Virus record (IMG/VR): IMGVR_UViG_3300032320_000934
Location: 1-35,523 of that record
DNA length: 35,523 bases
DNA from: a virus
Lineage: Duplodnaviria > Caudoviricetes
Reading direction: 5' to 3' (one strand)
Position 1 is the stretch's first letter, and the number at the start of each line of letters is the position of its first letter. Below, piece by piece: positions 7,496 to 16,553 of this stretch. The position numbers and the translations under genes were made by a program. Below the pieces are notes generated by a model. It ran no database searches, had not been told where the DNA came from, and worked only from the letters and a program-made list of their open reading frames with translations.

Positions 7496-7721
7496 GTTTG
7501 CCGTACAGGGACACGCAGTCCCTAACGGCTACAGCAGTCCTCGTGGACCGTTCCCGCCTGAGATTTTCGCGCAAAATCCTAGGGCGTATGACGAATCATT
7601 TGAAACCGACTCCTTACCTGAAGCATTTGATGATATACGTATGTTTAGGTGCAAGTATTGCACTGACATACTCTACGAGGATGAACTAAATAACCATGAT
7701 TGCAATCAGGAAGAAGAATAA
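7479..7721 (+). CDS. hypothetical protein with C-terminal CxxC...HxC zinc finger
   Basis: FRCKYC...LNNHDC; overlaps the upstream gene. Confidence 0.75.
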   Translation: MPLIRKFAVQGHAVPNGYSSPRGPFPPEIFAQNPRAYDESFETDSLPEAFDDIRMFRCKYCTDILYEDELNNHDCNQEEE

Positions 7722-7723
7722 AA

Positions 7724-8464
7724 ATGGCAACAAATAACAATGGAAACCTGCTAGATTCAGCAGGTAACATCGTCGTTGATTTTGTATGGGGTAACTTCCC
7801 TCTACAGCCAAACGACCAACGCCCAGACACAGCAACAGGTCGTCTAAACTATGACCTAGACAACCACGTTCTTGCTGAGACTGGATGGAACGGATACCCT
7901 CTATTCGTACCAAACACTGACGGTTCAGCCGTAGACAGCGACAGCCCAGCAGACGGTATTCAGGACGATGAAATCTTCTTGAACATCGCTCTAAATCCAG
8001 ATGTAACTGGAACAGTAGAACTAGTTATTGGTCAGACAACCGCTGTGGCAATTGACTCACTAAAGGATGAGGGCTTTGCAACTGCAAACGTACTCACTGG
8101 AACTGCTGCTACTAACGCTGCTAAGTCAATTACCCGTGTTAACGTAACTTCTACTACTGCAGCTAACGTATACACCACCACTGCAAGCACTGCTTACCCA
8201 GTAGGTACTAAGGTAACTATTGGTTCTGGAACTGGTATCCCAGCTGCTGTTGTCGGTACTTGGACCGTAACTAACGCTACTAGCACTTACATCACCATTG
8301 CTGGTACTGGATTTACTGTAGCAGACTCTGGCTCAATTACTCCTGCAGCATCTCTAACTGGTGTTGCTGGAACAATTAAGTCTATTGCATACGCAACAGG
8401 TACTAGAACAAACCAGACAGGTACAACCAACGTAACTGTAACCCCGTTTGCTGCTGCTAGCTAA
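7724..8464 (+). CDS. Thr-rich putative virion protein; PASTA-like domain interrupted by a beta-module
   Basis: ATG 7724; VIGQTTAVAIDSLKDEGF ... AGTIKSIAYATG...NVTVTP. Confidence 0.7.
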   Translation: MATNNNGNLLDSAGNIVVDFVWGNFPLQPNDQRPDTATGRLNYDLDNHVLAETGWNGYPLFVPNTDGSAVDSDSPADGIQDDEIFLNIALNPDVTGTVELVIGQTTAVAIDSLKDEGFATANVLTGTAATNAAKSITRVNVTSTTAANVYTTTASTAYPVGTKVTIGSGTGIPAAVVGTWTVTNATSTYITIAGTGFTVADSGSITPAASLTGVAGTIKSIAYATGTRTNQTGTTNVTVTPFAAAS

Positions 8465-8474
8465 GAAGTAACAA

Positions 8475-9155
8475 ATGCCTAATCTCGAGGGAGTGACGCC
8501 TGACGGCTATGATGCCGCTACGGCGTCCTCCTTTGAGCAGGGTATGACAGCCGATGCTGAAGGCAATCTTTTTTATCAGCAATTTCCAAACTCTAAGTAT
8601 GCAGGGCAGTATAGCCCTGTAGAGTATGACAGCATTGAGGGCGAAACTGATGAGAATGGCATTCTCGTTGACCCAAATGCATCTCCAGAAGCTCCTGCTC
8701 CACTTACAGATGTTCCAACTTCATCGACAAACGTTAGGCGTCCTCGCACAGTAGCTGCCGGCTATGATGAGCAGAGAAAAGTTCTCACTGTAATGTTCCG
8801 TGACGGAACGCTTTTTAATTATTATGATGTTGACCCGGGTACTTGGAAAACATTCCATAACTCTTATTCTAAAGGCCCTATGTTGAACCTTTATAGTAAA
8901 GGTACGTACAGCCCCGGAGTTCTTTTAATGTCCCCCCACACCTACGGGCCAGCAGATGTGTCAAATGTAAGCCCTGAAGTTTTAGCTGGTATTTATCGTG
9001 TTGCACGTGCCAGCCAATTCCGCTATGCTTCTAATAAGGGTACAGTCTATAGGACTGCCCAAGGTAAAGCTTATAATCCACCTAAATATAAAGGTGGTAA
9101 GCTTCCTAAAAATAACCCACCTGCTGCTAGGCCACATAGACAACATAAACCATAG
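8475..9155 (+). CDS. KTSC domain protein
   Basis: AAGYDEQRKVLTVMFRDGTLFNYYDVDPGTWKTFHNSYSKG. Confidence 0.85.
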   Translation: MPNLEGVTPDGYDAATASSFEQGMTADAEGNLFYQQFPNSKYAGQYSPVEYDSIEGETDENGILVDPNASPEAPAPLTDVPTSSTNVRRPRTVAAGYDEQRKVLTVMFRDGTLFNYYDVDPGTWKTFHNSYSKGPMLNLYSKGTYSPGVLLMSPHTYGPADVSNVSPEVLAGIYRVARASQFRYASNKGTVYRTAQGKAYNPPKYKGGKLPKNNPPAARPHRQHKP

Positions 9156-9161
9156 GAACAC

Positions 9162-9488
9162 ATGCCCAAGGTACACAACATCGGAAAAAAACATTTTATT
9201 CAATATATGAGGTTTCCAGCTCAATGGGGACGTAAGATTGCAGTTAAGGGATACACCCAAGAAATCAAAGAGCCGTTTAGAACTTCTGAACCATGGATTA
9301 TACGGTTACCTTTTTACAGAGCCCTTATAATAGGTAAATGGACTGGTACACAACCAGATGAAGAATCGGCACTAAATAACGCATTAAGAGGACGGATACT
9401 AACTGATGAAGATTTTGACAAGGAAAAAGGGTGGACTCCAGCCAAGTACGAAACTGGAGAAGAGAGTGTCTGGGATTGGGACGTCTGA
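9162..9488 (+). CDS. hypothetical protein
   Basis: AGGA RBS, ATG, 108 aa. Confidence 0.75.
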   Translation: MPKVHNIGKKHFIQYMRFPAQWGRKIAVKGYTQEIKEPFRTSEPWIIRLPFYRALIIGKWTGTQPDEESALNNALRGRILTDEDFDKEKGWTPAKYETGEESVWDWDV

Positions 9489-9651
9489 TTTAATCATGTG
9501 GGCTGAGAATGCCTTGTTTGTGTTGGGCAAAGAACTTACTCATCACCAACGTGACAAGAGTATGGATGCCCTACTAGAGGCTGAGCTTGGTGCAGAAGCA
9601 CTACTGGCTATTGTTCGTGAGTTAAAGAAACGTGCCCAAAATGAATGGTGA
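9406..9651 (+). CDS. helical hypothetical protein directly upstream of terminase
   Basis: 81-aa ORF overlapping both neighbours; start position uncertain. Confidence 0.65.
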   Translation: MKILTRKKGGLQPSTKLEKRVSGIGTSDLIMWAENALFVLGKELTHHQRDKSMDALLEAELGAEALLAIVRELKKRAQNEW

Positions 9652-11305
9652 TTACGAAGAAGATAACTACAGAGATGATAACGAACAATACGAAGATAAT
9701 CCTTGGGAGTTAGACGAAGAAGAAGAAGACGATGAGCAATTTGAGGAAATTACTCCTCAAATGTACGCTGAGGAAGAGCTTGACGAGTTTGAAGAACTTG
9801 ACCAAGAAGATGACCTCGATGAGTTTTCCCAGGAATTTGTTGACCGACTTATTGATAAAATGATGCAATTTATGGTTGTGTTAGTTGGTCATGATTTGCA
9901 CCCATATCAAAAACCTTTAGCTAGACGAATGATGGAATCTATCATTATTAATGATGGTGAAGAAATCACAGCTCTTGCAGCACGTCAGTCAGGTAAGTCA
10001 GAAACTATTGCTGACACAGTATCCACACTTATGGTATTGCTTCCAAGACTTGCTAATATTTACCCAGAGCTTCTCGGTAAATATAAGGCTGGATTGATGG
10101 TAGGGCTTTTTGCTCCTACTGAATCTCAGGCTGAAACTTTGTTTAGCCGTACTGTAACTCGACTTAGTTCTGAACGAGCTTTGGATGTTTTGAGTGACCC
10201 AGAGATTGATGATGTGGCTGCTAAAGTTGGTGGCGTTACAAAAATGATTAGACTAAAGAAGTCAGGCAGTAGCCTCACAATGATGACTGCTAACCCACGA
10301 GCTAAGATTGAGTCTAAATCATTCCACCTTATCGTTATCGATGAGTGTCAGGAAGCTGACGACTTTATTGTTAATAAGTCAATCTCTCCTATGCGTGCGT
10401 ACTACGCTGGTACAATGGTTAAGACTGGAACCCCCACAACTTCTAAGAATAACTTTTACCGCTCTATTCAGTTAAACAGACGTAGACAGACCGGTAAACG
10501 TGCTCGTCAGAACCACTTCCAGTGGGACTGGAGAGATGTATCTAAATATAACGATAACTACAGCCGATTTATAAAAAAAGAAATGCTTCGTATTGGAGAG
10601 GACTCAGATGAATTTCAGATGTCGTATAACTGCAAATGGCTACTTGAACGAGGAATGTTTGTTACGAGTTCCATCATGGATGACCTTGGTGACACATCTC
10701 AAGAACTCGTCAAAGTATGGCATCAAACCCCTGTTGTGGTTGGAGTCGACCCAGCTAGAAAAATGGACTCCACTGTTGTCACAGTTGTCTGGGTCGACTG
10801 GGACCGTCCCGATGAATTTGGCTATTTTGAACATCGAGTCCTTAACTGGCTCGAAATCCAAGGGGATGACTGGGAAGAACAATACTTCCAAATAGTAAAC
10901 TTCTTGTCTAACTACGATGTGCTTGCTCTTGGTGTAGACGCCAACGGTGTTGGTGACGTAGTAGCCCAGCGTCTCAAGGTTCTGATGCCTCGTGCAGAAG
11001 TAATCCCATTGACGTCTAGCCAGTCAGAGCAATCTGGTAGATTTAAACACCTACAGGCTTTGATTCAAAGAGAAATGCTGTCTTTTCCGGCTCATGCTAA
11101 AACTCGCAGACTTAATCTATGGAAGCGCTTTTACCAGCAGATGATTGATGCTGAAATTCAATATAAAGGCAATAACTTTACCGTTGCAGCCCCTAGAGAA
11201 GCCTACGCCCACGATGACTTTGTTGATAGCTTGGCTATTGCTTGTTCTCTTACAAAAGAGCTTGTAATGCCTACTGTTGAAGTTGGTTCTAATCCTTTTT
11301 ATTAA
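9641..11305 (+). CDS. terL: terminase large subunit
   Basis: LHPYQ adenine motif, ARQSGKSE Walker A, IVIDECQ Walker B, TGTP coupling motif, VGVDPA and HDDFVDS nuclease acidic residues. Confidence 0.95.
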   Translation: MNGDYEEDNYRDDNEQYEDNPWELDEEEEDDEQFEEITPQMYAEEELDEFEELDQEDDLDEFSQEFVDRLIDKMMQFMVVLVGHDLHPYQKPLARRMMESIIINDGEEITALAARQSGKSETIADTVSTLMVLLPRLANIYPELLGKYKAGLMVGLFAPTESQAETLFSRTVTRLSSERALDVLSDPEIDDVAAKVGGVTKMIRLKKSGSSLTMMTANPRAKIESKSFHLIVIDECQEADDFIVNKSISPMRAYYAGTMVKTGTPTTSKNNFYRSIQLNRRRQTGKRARQNHFQWDWRDVSKYNDNYSRFIKKEMLRIGEDSDEFQMSYNCKWLLERGMFVTSSIMDDLGDTSQELVKVWHQTPVVVGVDPARKMDSTVVTVVWVDWDRPDEFGYFEHRVLNWLEIQGDDWEEQYFQIVNFLSNYDVLALGVDANGVGDVVAQRLKVLMPRAEVIPLTSSQSEQSGRFKHLQALIQREMLSFPAHAKTRRLNLWKRFYQQMIDAEIQYKGNNFTVAAPREAYAHDDFVDSLAIACSLTKELVMPTVEVGSNPFY

Positions 11306-11398
11306 AAGTTTGAGTTAAGCCAGAAAAATATTCAATAAAGCCCCAAACTAGTAAAGGAAATACTCGAGTTTTCCATTCTCAAATTTAAGGAGTTCCCC

Positions 11399-11794
11399 AT
11401 GGGTCTTGCACCAAACCCTATGTTCCCAGAGCGCGCACCTCAGGGATATGAAATCAAGCCTGCAGGTAATGAAGAACGTCGCGGCCCACTTCGCTTTGAA
11501 GAAGGTATCGCTACTGACACTGACGTACCTACCGACTTCCAGAAGGGCATCATGAACGGCTTCGCAGCTGCTCCTGGTCGTCCAAACCGCAACGCTCCAG
11601 TATGGCAGAAGCCAGCTGCTGAGACCATGTCAGAACGTGCACACGTTGGTTCTGCATCATGGATTGAAGCACCTACTTTCCTTGGTGAATTTGCTCACGG
11701 TTCATTCTCACAGAATGCAGAGCAGGTTATTGAAACTAAGGTTGTTTCAGGTGGTCGCGTTCAGCGTCTAAACCCAACAGTCGTAAACGACTAA
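11399..11794 (+). CDS. hypothetical protein of the head module
   Basis: TAAGGAG RBS; codon usage resembles that of the capsid gene. Confidence 0.85.
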   Translation: MGLAPNPMFPERAPQGYEIKPAGNEERRGPLRFEEGIATDTDVPTDFQKGIMNGFAAAPGRPNRNAPVWQKPAAETMSERAHVGSASWIEAPTFLGEFAHGSFSQNAEQVIETKVVSGGRVQRLNPTVVND

Positions 11795-11810
11795 TTTAAG
11801 AGTTTAACAA

Positions 11811-11846
11811 CCTGGCCCCACTTTACAATAGTAGAGTGGGGTTAGG
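11811..11846 (+). other. 16-bp RNA hairpin without a U tail
   Basis: CCTGGCCCCACTTTAC-AATA-GTAGAGTGGGGTTAGG, three G-U pairs. Confidence 0.7.
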
Positions 11847-11868
11847 AAGTTGAACCTTGAGGAGCAAA

Positions 11869-12114
11869 TTGTCTGACGTCCCAGTTAATGAAAAGCTTTA
11901 CGCCATGGTAGTAACCCAGGCCAAAGCTAAATACCGTATTTATCCGAGCCCTGGTGCATCGCACTGGGTACATCGTCGATATCTAGAACTGGGCGGTAAA
12001 TATATTGACTCTGAAGAAATTGCAGAGCGCAAAAGAATTATGAGAGCCTGGCAAGAAAGAAAAGCCCAGGCTCGTGCTCACCATAATGATGACGACAAGA
12101 AGGATAGTAAGTAA
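11869..12114 (+). CDS. hypothetical protein, DUF5872-like motif
   Basis: GAGGAG RBS before TTG 11869; PVNEKLY...AKAKYRIYPS...WVHRRYLELGGKY. Confidence 0.7.
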   Translation: MSDVPVNEKLYAMVVTQAKAKYRIYPSPGASHWVHRRYLELGGKYIDSEEIAERKRIMRAWQERKAQARAHHNDDDKKDSK

Positions 12115-13844
12115 TGTCATTTCTTGACTTTTCACCTCCAAGCTATAGGGCTTCGTCATCTGACCTTACAATCAGCATCTCCCCTCTGGGTCTTGTAGAA
12201 CTTGCTGATGAAGAATTTGAAGTTCACGGTCCTCGTCTAAACCGTTATTCCCTAAACTGGGCCATGTATCTTGGTCACCACTGGGGTTACCGTCGTGAAC
12301 AAGGTGAGATGCAGATTTCCCTTAACTATTACCGTTCGTTCATCGACTACATCGATAGGTTTACTTTTGGTAACGGAGTTCACTTCCGCTCACCTAAAGC
12401 CACTGAAGCTATTGTTCCTGCTCGTCTAGAGCGTGTTTGGACTATTGACAACGACAAAATGCACATCCTACTGGAGATGGCTCAGCTTGGCTCTATCACT
12501 GGCGACTGTTTTGTAAAAATTGCTTACGAAGAAGCTTGGGAAGATAGCATTGGTCGTCTGCACCCAGGACGTGTCCGTATCCTTCCTTTGAACTCTGCTT
12601 TTGCTTTCCCTGAGTTTCACCCACATGATAGAAGTCGTCTTCTTAGATTTAAGCACAAGTATCGTTTCTGGGGAACCTCACTAGAAGGTACCCGTCAGGT
12701 GTTCACCTACACCGAAATTCTTACTGATGATGTAATTGAAGAGTATGTAAACGATGAGCTAATTGACTCAAGACCAAACCCACTGGGTGTAATTCCTGTA
12801 GTCCACATCGCAAACATCCCGGTATCAGGTTCTCCTTGGGGATTGTCAGATGCTCATGATATTATTTCAATCAACCGTTCATATAACGAAATTGCAACGG
12901 ATGTAGCAGATATCATTAACTACCACGCTGCACCTGTTACAGTTATTGTTGGTGCTAAGCAGGGTAATCTTGAAAAGGGTGCAAAGAAGGTTTGGGGTGG
13001 TCTTCCTAAAGACGCTCAGGTATTCAACCTTGAAGGTGGAGCTGCTGGACTAACTGGAGCTATGCAGTACATGCAGATGCTAAAGCTATCTATGCATGAA
13101 ATGATGAATGTACCTGAGTCTGCACTTGGTCAGGCACAGCCTATCTCTAACACCTCTGGTGTTGCACTTTCTATTCAATTCCAGCCTCTGATGAACCGTT
13201 ACGCTCAGAAGTCATCTGTTTATGGTAGAGGCCTTGAAAGAATCAACGAACTAGTTCTTCTAAATCTAGCTATTAAAGAACCAGAAACTTTTACATATAA
13301 TCCAGATACTGATGGTCCTATATCAGAAGGTCAGCTGCCACAGTTAGACCCTAATGACCCAATTACTTACGTAACTTACGCACACTTCCCTCCACCGCTA
13401 CCTCTAGACAAGCTAGTTCTTCTAAACGAACTACAGCAGAAAATGTCTATGGGACTTGAGTCTAAGGAAGGCGCTTTGCGTGCTCTTGGAGAAGAGTTCC
13501 CACTTGAAAAAATTCAAGAAATTCGTTCAGAACTTATGGATGACGCTAAGGGTGAAGGTGCGCTAAACCTTGTCAAGGCAGAAATTCAAAAGCAACTTAT
13601 GGACATCACCGGAATGATGGTAGGCCCTGATGGTACTGCCACTCCTATGGACCCAATGATGATGGGTAATGGAGACGTTATGGGTGACGGACAACTAGGT
13701 CCTCAGGGTCAGGGAGTTGACCCACAGGCAGATGCAGCTATTGCTCAAGAGCAGTTGCAGGCTGAGGACCAGATTAGACAGACTTTGATTAACGAAGCTT
13801 ACGGGACAAATATTCCTTCAAGAAGTACAGTTGACAGAGATTAA
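12114..13844 (+). CDS. portal protein (SPP1 gp6-like)
   Basis: 576 aa between terminase and scaffold; NPLGVIPVVHIAN...GLSD, SNTSGVAL. Confidence 0.92.
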   Translation: MSFLDFSPPSYRASSSDLTISISPLGLVELADEEFEVHGPRLNRYSLNWAMYLGHHWGYRREQGEMQISLNYYRSFIDYIDRFTFGNGVHFRSPKATEAIVPARLERVWTIDNDKMHILLEMAQLGSITGDCFVKIAYEEAWEDSIGRLHPGRVRILPLNSAFAFPEFHPHDRSRLLRFKHKYRFWGTSLEGTRQVFTYTEILTDDVIEEYVNDELIDSRPNPLGVIPVVHIANIPVSGSPWGLSDAHDIISINRSYNEIATDVADIINYHAAPVTVIVGAKQGNLEKGAKKVWGGLPKDAQVFNLEGGAAGLTGAMQYMQMLKLSMHEMMNVPESALGQAQPISNTSGVALSIQFQPLMNRYAQKSSVYGRGLERINELVLLNLAIKEPETFTYNPDTDGPISEGQLPQLDPNDPITYVTYAHFPPPLPLDKLVLLNELQQKMSMGLESKEGALRALGEEFPLEKIQEIRSELMDDAKGEGALNLVKAEIQKQLMDITGMMVGPDGTATPMDPMMMGNGDVMGDGQLGPQGQGVDPQADAAIAQEQLQAEDQIRQTLINEAYGTNIPSRSTVDRD

Positions 13845-13977
13845 TGTTTTATTTTAAGACATTATTGAGTTAAGGCACAAAATAGTTATATTTTGCGTTT
13901 TACTTATCATATAACAGTTAAGGTCTAGTGGCATTAATACGGAAAACGACCATCGAGAATGAAAAGAGGTTAGCCTT

Positions 13978-14745
13978 ATGGCTGATTTGGAAAACACACC
14001 AGAGGTAGTTGAATCTACCATCGAACTACCTGCAGAAACTTTTGCAGAGGAGACTCTATTGCCAAACACTGACAAGGTTGCTGAAGCAATTCAGAAAGCC
14101 CGCGCTCAGGAAAAGGCGAAGTTGTACCCTCAGGTAGAGAAGCTACAGGAAGAAATTGCATCTCTTCGTCAAAGAGAGAATGAACGCGAAGCTAAGGACG
14201 CAGAACGTAAGGCCGCTCGTGCTGCACGTGAAGCTCAAGCCGCAGCTGAGCGTAAGAAGCAAGAAGAGTCAGAACTTGAAGTTCGTGACTTGCTTGCTAA
14301 GAAAGAGCAGGAGTGGGCTGAGAAGCTTAACTCTGAACGCCAGGAGCGCGAGAAAGCATTTGCTCTTCTAGAGCGCGAGCGTGAGTTCCAGGAGCTATCG
14401 GCTTACCGCCAGCAGCGCCTAGAACAGGAACGCGACAATATCATTCCAGAACTAGTAGACCTAATTTCTGGAAATTCCCGCGATGAAATCGAGCAGAGCA
14501 TCGCTGGTCTTAAAGAACGCTCTGCGAAAATCTTCGACTCTGTTGCGCAAGTTGCTCAGCAAAGCCGCAAGGAAATGGTGGGAACTCGTATTACGAGCCC
14601 TGCCTCTGGACCCCTCGACAACGACTCGGACTCACGTACGTATTCACCTGATGACATTTCAAACATGTCTTTGGCAGACTATGCGAAGAATCGTTCCAAG
14701 CTGCTTGGAAATAGCAAAAATAGTGGACAGGGATTGTTCGGGTAA
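13978..14745 (+). CDS. capsid scaffolding protein
   Basis: Glu/Lys/Arg coiled coil, C-terminal ISNMSLADYAKNR; directly upstream of the capsid gene. Confidence 0.85.
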   Translation: MADLENTPEVVESTIELPAETFAEETLLPNTDKVAEAIQKARAQEKAKLYPQVEKLQEEIASLRQRENEREAKDAERKAARAAREAQAAAERKKQEESELEVRDLLAKKEQEWAEKLNSERQEREKAFALLEREREFQELSAYRQQRLEQERDNIIPELVDLISGNSRDEIEQSIAGLKERSAKIFDSVAQVAQQSRKEMVGTRITSPASGPLDNDSDSRTYSPDDISNMSLADYAKNRSKLLGNSKNSGQGLFG

Positions 14746-14789
14746 TTAAAACAACCTAATCTAACGACCGCTTCTGAAAGGAGCAAAAA

Positions 14790-15971
14790 ATGGCAGGTTC
14801 TGCTGTTACCGGTACCGCTGCCCTAGCTGGCGCGCCTACCGCTTATTCAGGTTCAAATAGCCAGCTTTCACAGGCTATTCAAACCATCTGGTCGAAGGAG
14901 ATTCTGTTCCAGGCGATGCCAATTCTTCGCTTTGAGCAGTTTGCAGTTAAGAAGACAGAACTAGGTGTTGCACCTGGTCTGCGCGTTAACTTCCTTCGTT
15001 ACAAGAACTTCGCAGTGGACCCAACTCCACTGACCGAAGGTGTCCGTATGACCACCAACGCTCTAACCGCAGAGCAGATTGCTATCACCGTTGCCGAGCA
15101 CGGATACGCAGTTGCAGTTTCAGAACTGTTGCTAAACGCATCTTTCGACGACATCATGGCATCTTCTTCACGTTTGCTTGGTCGCCACATGGCACAGTAC
15201 CTAGACGTACAGGCACGCGATACACTGTCAGCTGCTACTTCAGCAACTTTCGGTTATGACCGTACTGCATACGACGGTGCTACCAACTTCAACCTATACC
15301 AGGAAGGTAGCGTTGCTACCGCTGTATCAGGCGCTAACACTTCTGTTGGTTCAGGTACAAACGCTGGTAAGTACAAGTTGACCACTGGTGCAATCAAGGA
15401 CTCAGCACTTGTGCTTGCGTCTAAGAACATCCCAAGACTAGGTGAAACCTACGTACAGTTCATCCACCCTAAGCAGTCTCGTGACCTTCGCTCGAACCCA
15501 GAGTTCATCGAAGTAACCAAGTACGCTGCTCCAGGTAACTTCATGCTAGGTGAAATCGGTCGTCTATACGACGTCGTATTCATCGAGACCACTCAGGTCA
15601 AGAAGTACGCAACTGGTGCAACTGTAACTGACTACACCTCAAAGGTTGGCGCAGTAGCTGACCAGTACAGTTATCCTGTAAAGGCTAACACTGGTCCTGG
15701 TCGCGGTGGTAACCCAGAGTTGACTCAGTTTGGAAACGGTGCTGGTGGTACTGGCTCTGCTTACCCAACTGACACAACCACTCTTACCGCTGACGTGTAC
15801 GAGTCAATCATGATTGGTGACAACGCATTTGGTCACGCAATCTCTCTACCAGTTGAGCTTCGTGACGGTGGTGTTCTAGACTTTGGTCGTGAGCACGCAC
15901 TAGCATGGTATGCCATCTGGGGTCTAGGTATCATCACAGACCAGGCTATTAACAAGGTTTACACCAACTAA
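14790..15971 (+). CDS. major capsid protein (N4-gp56 family)
   Basis: AAGGAG RBS; LTEGV, YVQFIHPKQSRDL, GEIGRLYDVVFIET, DFGREHALAWY. Confidence 0.95.
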   Translation: MAGSAVTGTAALAGAPTAYSGSNSQLSQAIQTIWSKEILFQAMPILRFEQFAVKKTELGVAPGLRVNFLRYKNFAVDPTPLTEGVRMTTNALTAEQIAITVAEHGYAVAVSELLLNASFDDIMASSSRLLGRHMAQYLDVQARDTLSAATSATFGYDRTAYDGATNFNLYQEGSVATAVSGANTSVGSGTNAGKYKLTTGAIKDSALVLASKNIPRLGETYVQFIHPKQSRDLRSNPEFIEVTKYAAPGNFMLGEIGRLYDVVFIETTQVKKYATGATVTDYTSKVGAVADQYSYPVKANTGPGRGGNPELTQFGNGAGGTGSAYPTDTTTLTADVYESIMIGDNAFGHAISLPVELRDGGVLDFGREHALAWYAIWGLGIITDQAINKVYTN

Positions 15972-15990
15972 TAACCAAACCCTTCGTCGA

Positions 15991-16013
15991 GGGGGGCCTC
16001 AAAAGGGCCCCCC
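15991..16013 (+). other. GC hairpin after the capsid gene (3' stabiliser or weak terminator)
   Basis: GGGGGGCCT-CAAAA-GGGCCCCCC, no T tail. Confidence 0.65.
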
Positions 16014-16050
16014 AACACAAACAAATAAACTAACAAGGAGAATAAATATC

Positions 16051-16434
16051 GTGGCAAATAAACCCACTAGTCCACAGGACGCAACAGGACGTGCAGCAGA
16101 AGAAGCTGCAAAGCGTAACGCAGCTGAACTAGCTGCAAGACAAGATGAAATTGCACTATCTCGTCAGGCCGAAGCTTCAAGCTTAGAAAATGACGTATTT
16201 GACCCAAAGAGACCAGACGCTCCAATCTTGCTAGACGAGGTTGAAGAAGTCGGTGTCAATGTAGCTGCTGATGATTTTGTAATCATCCGTACGATTTCAG
16301 ATATCGAAGATATGACTTATGGTGTAGTAAACGGTGCTCCGCAGAACTACACCTTTAAAGCCGGAGTTAAGTACAAGGTTCCAGCCGATTTGGCTTCATA
16401 CCTTGCACGTCTAGGTTATACCTGGAAAGCTTAA
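16051..16434 (+). CDS. hypothetical head-associated protein
   Basis: AAGGAG RBS, GTG start; YTFKAGVKYKVP...YL..LGY. Confidence 0.85.
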   Translation: MANKPTSPQDATGRAAEEAAKRNAAELAARQDEIALSRQAEASSLENDVFDPKRPDAPILLDEVEEVGVNVAADDFVIIRTISDIEDMTYGVVNGAPQNYTFKAGVKYKVPADLASYLARLGYTWKA

Positions 16435-16447
16435 TTTCCTTTAAACT

Positions 16448-16495
16448 GTCCGTCCTGCTGGCCCCCGCCTCCTCGTCAGCAGGGCGGACTTTTTT
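16448..16495 (+). terminator. intrinsic terminator with a 12-nt pyrimidine-rich loop
   Basis: 15-bp stem 16448-16462/16475-16489, loop CCCCGCCTCCTC, T6 tail. Confidence 0.85.
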
Positions 16496-16553
16496 ACGCT
16501 GTTTTATTTCTTAATATGCGAGAACATAAATATATAGAATTTTTGGAGGATTA

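Noticed and set aside
9641-15971. Introns or inteins in terminase, portal or capsid genes
   Set aside because: Frames are continuous, of ordinary length, and show no splicing motifs.
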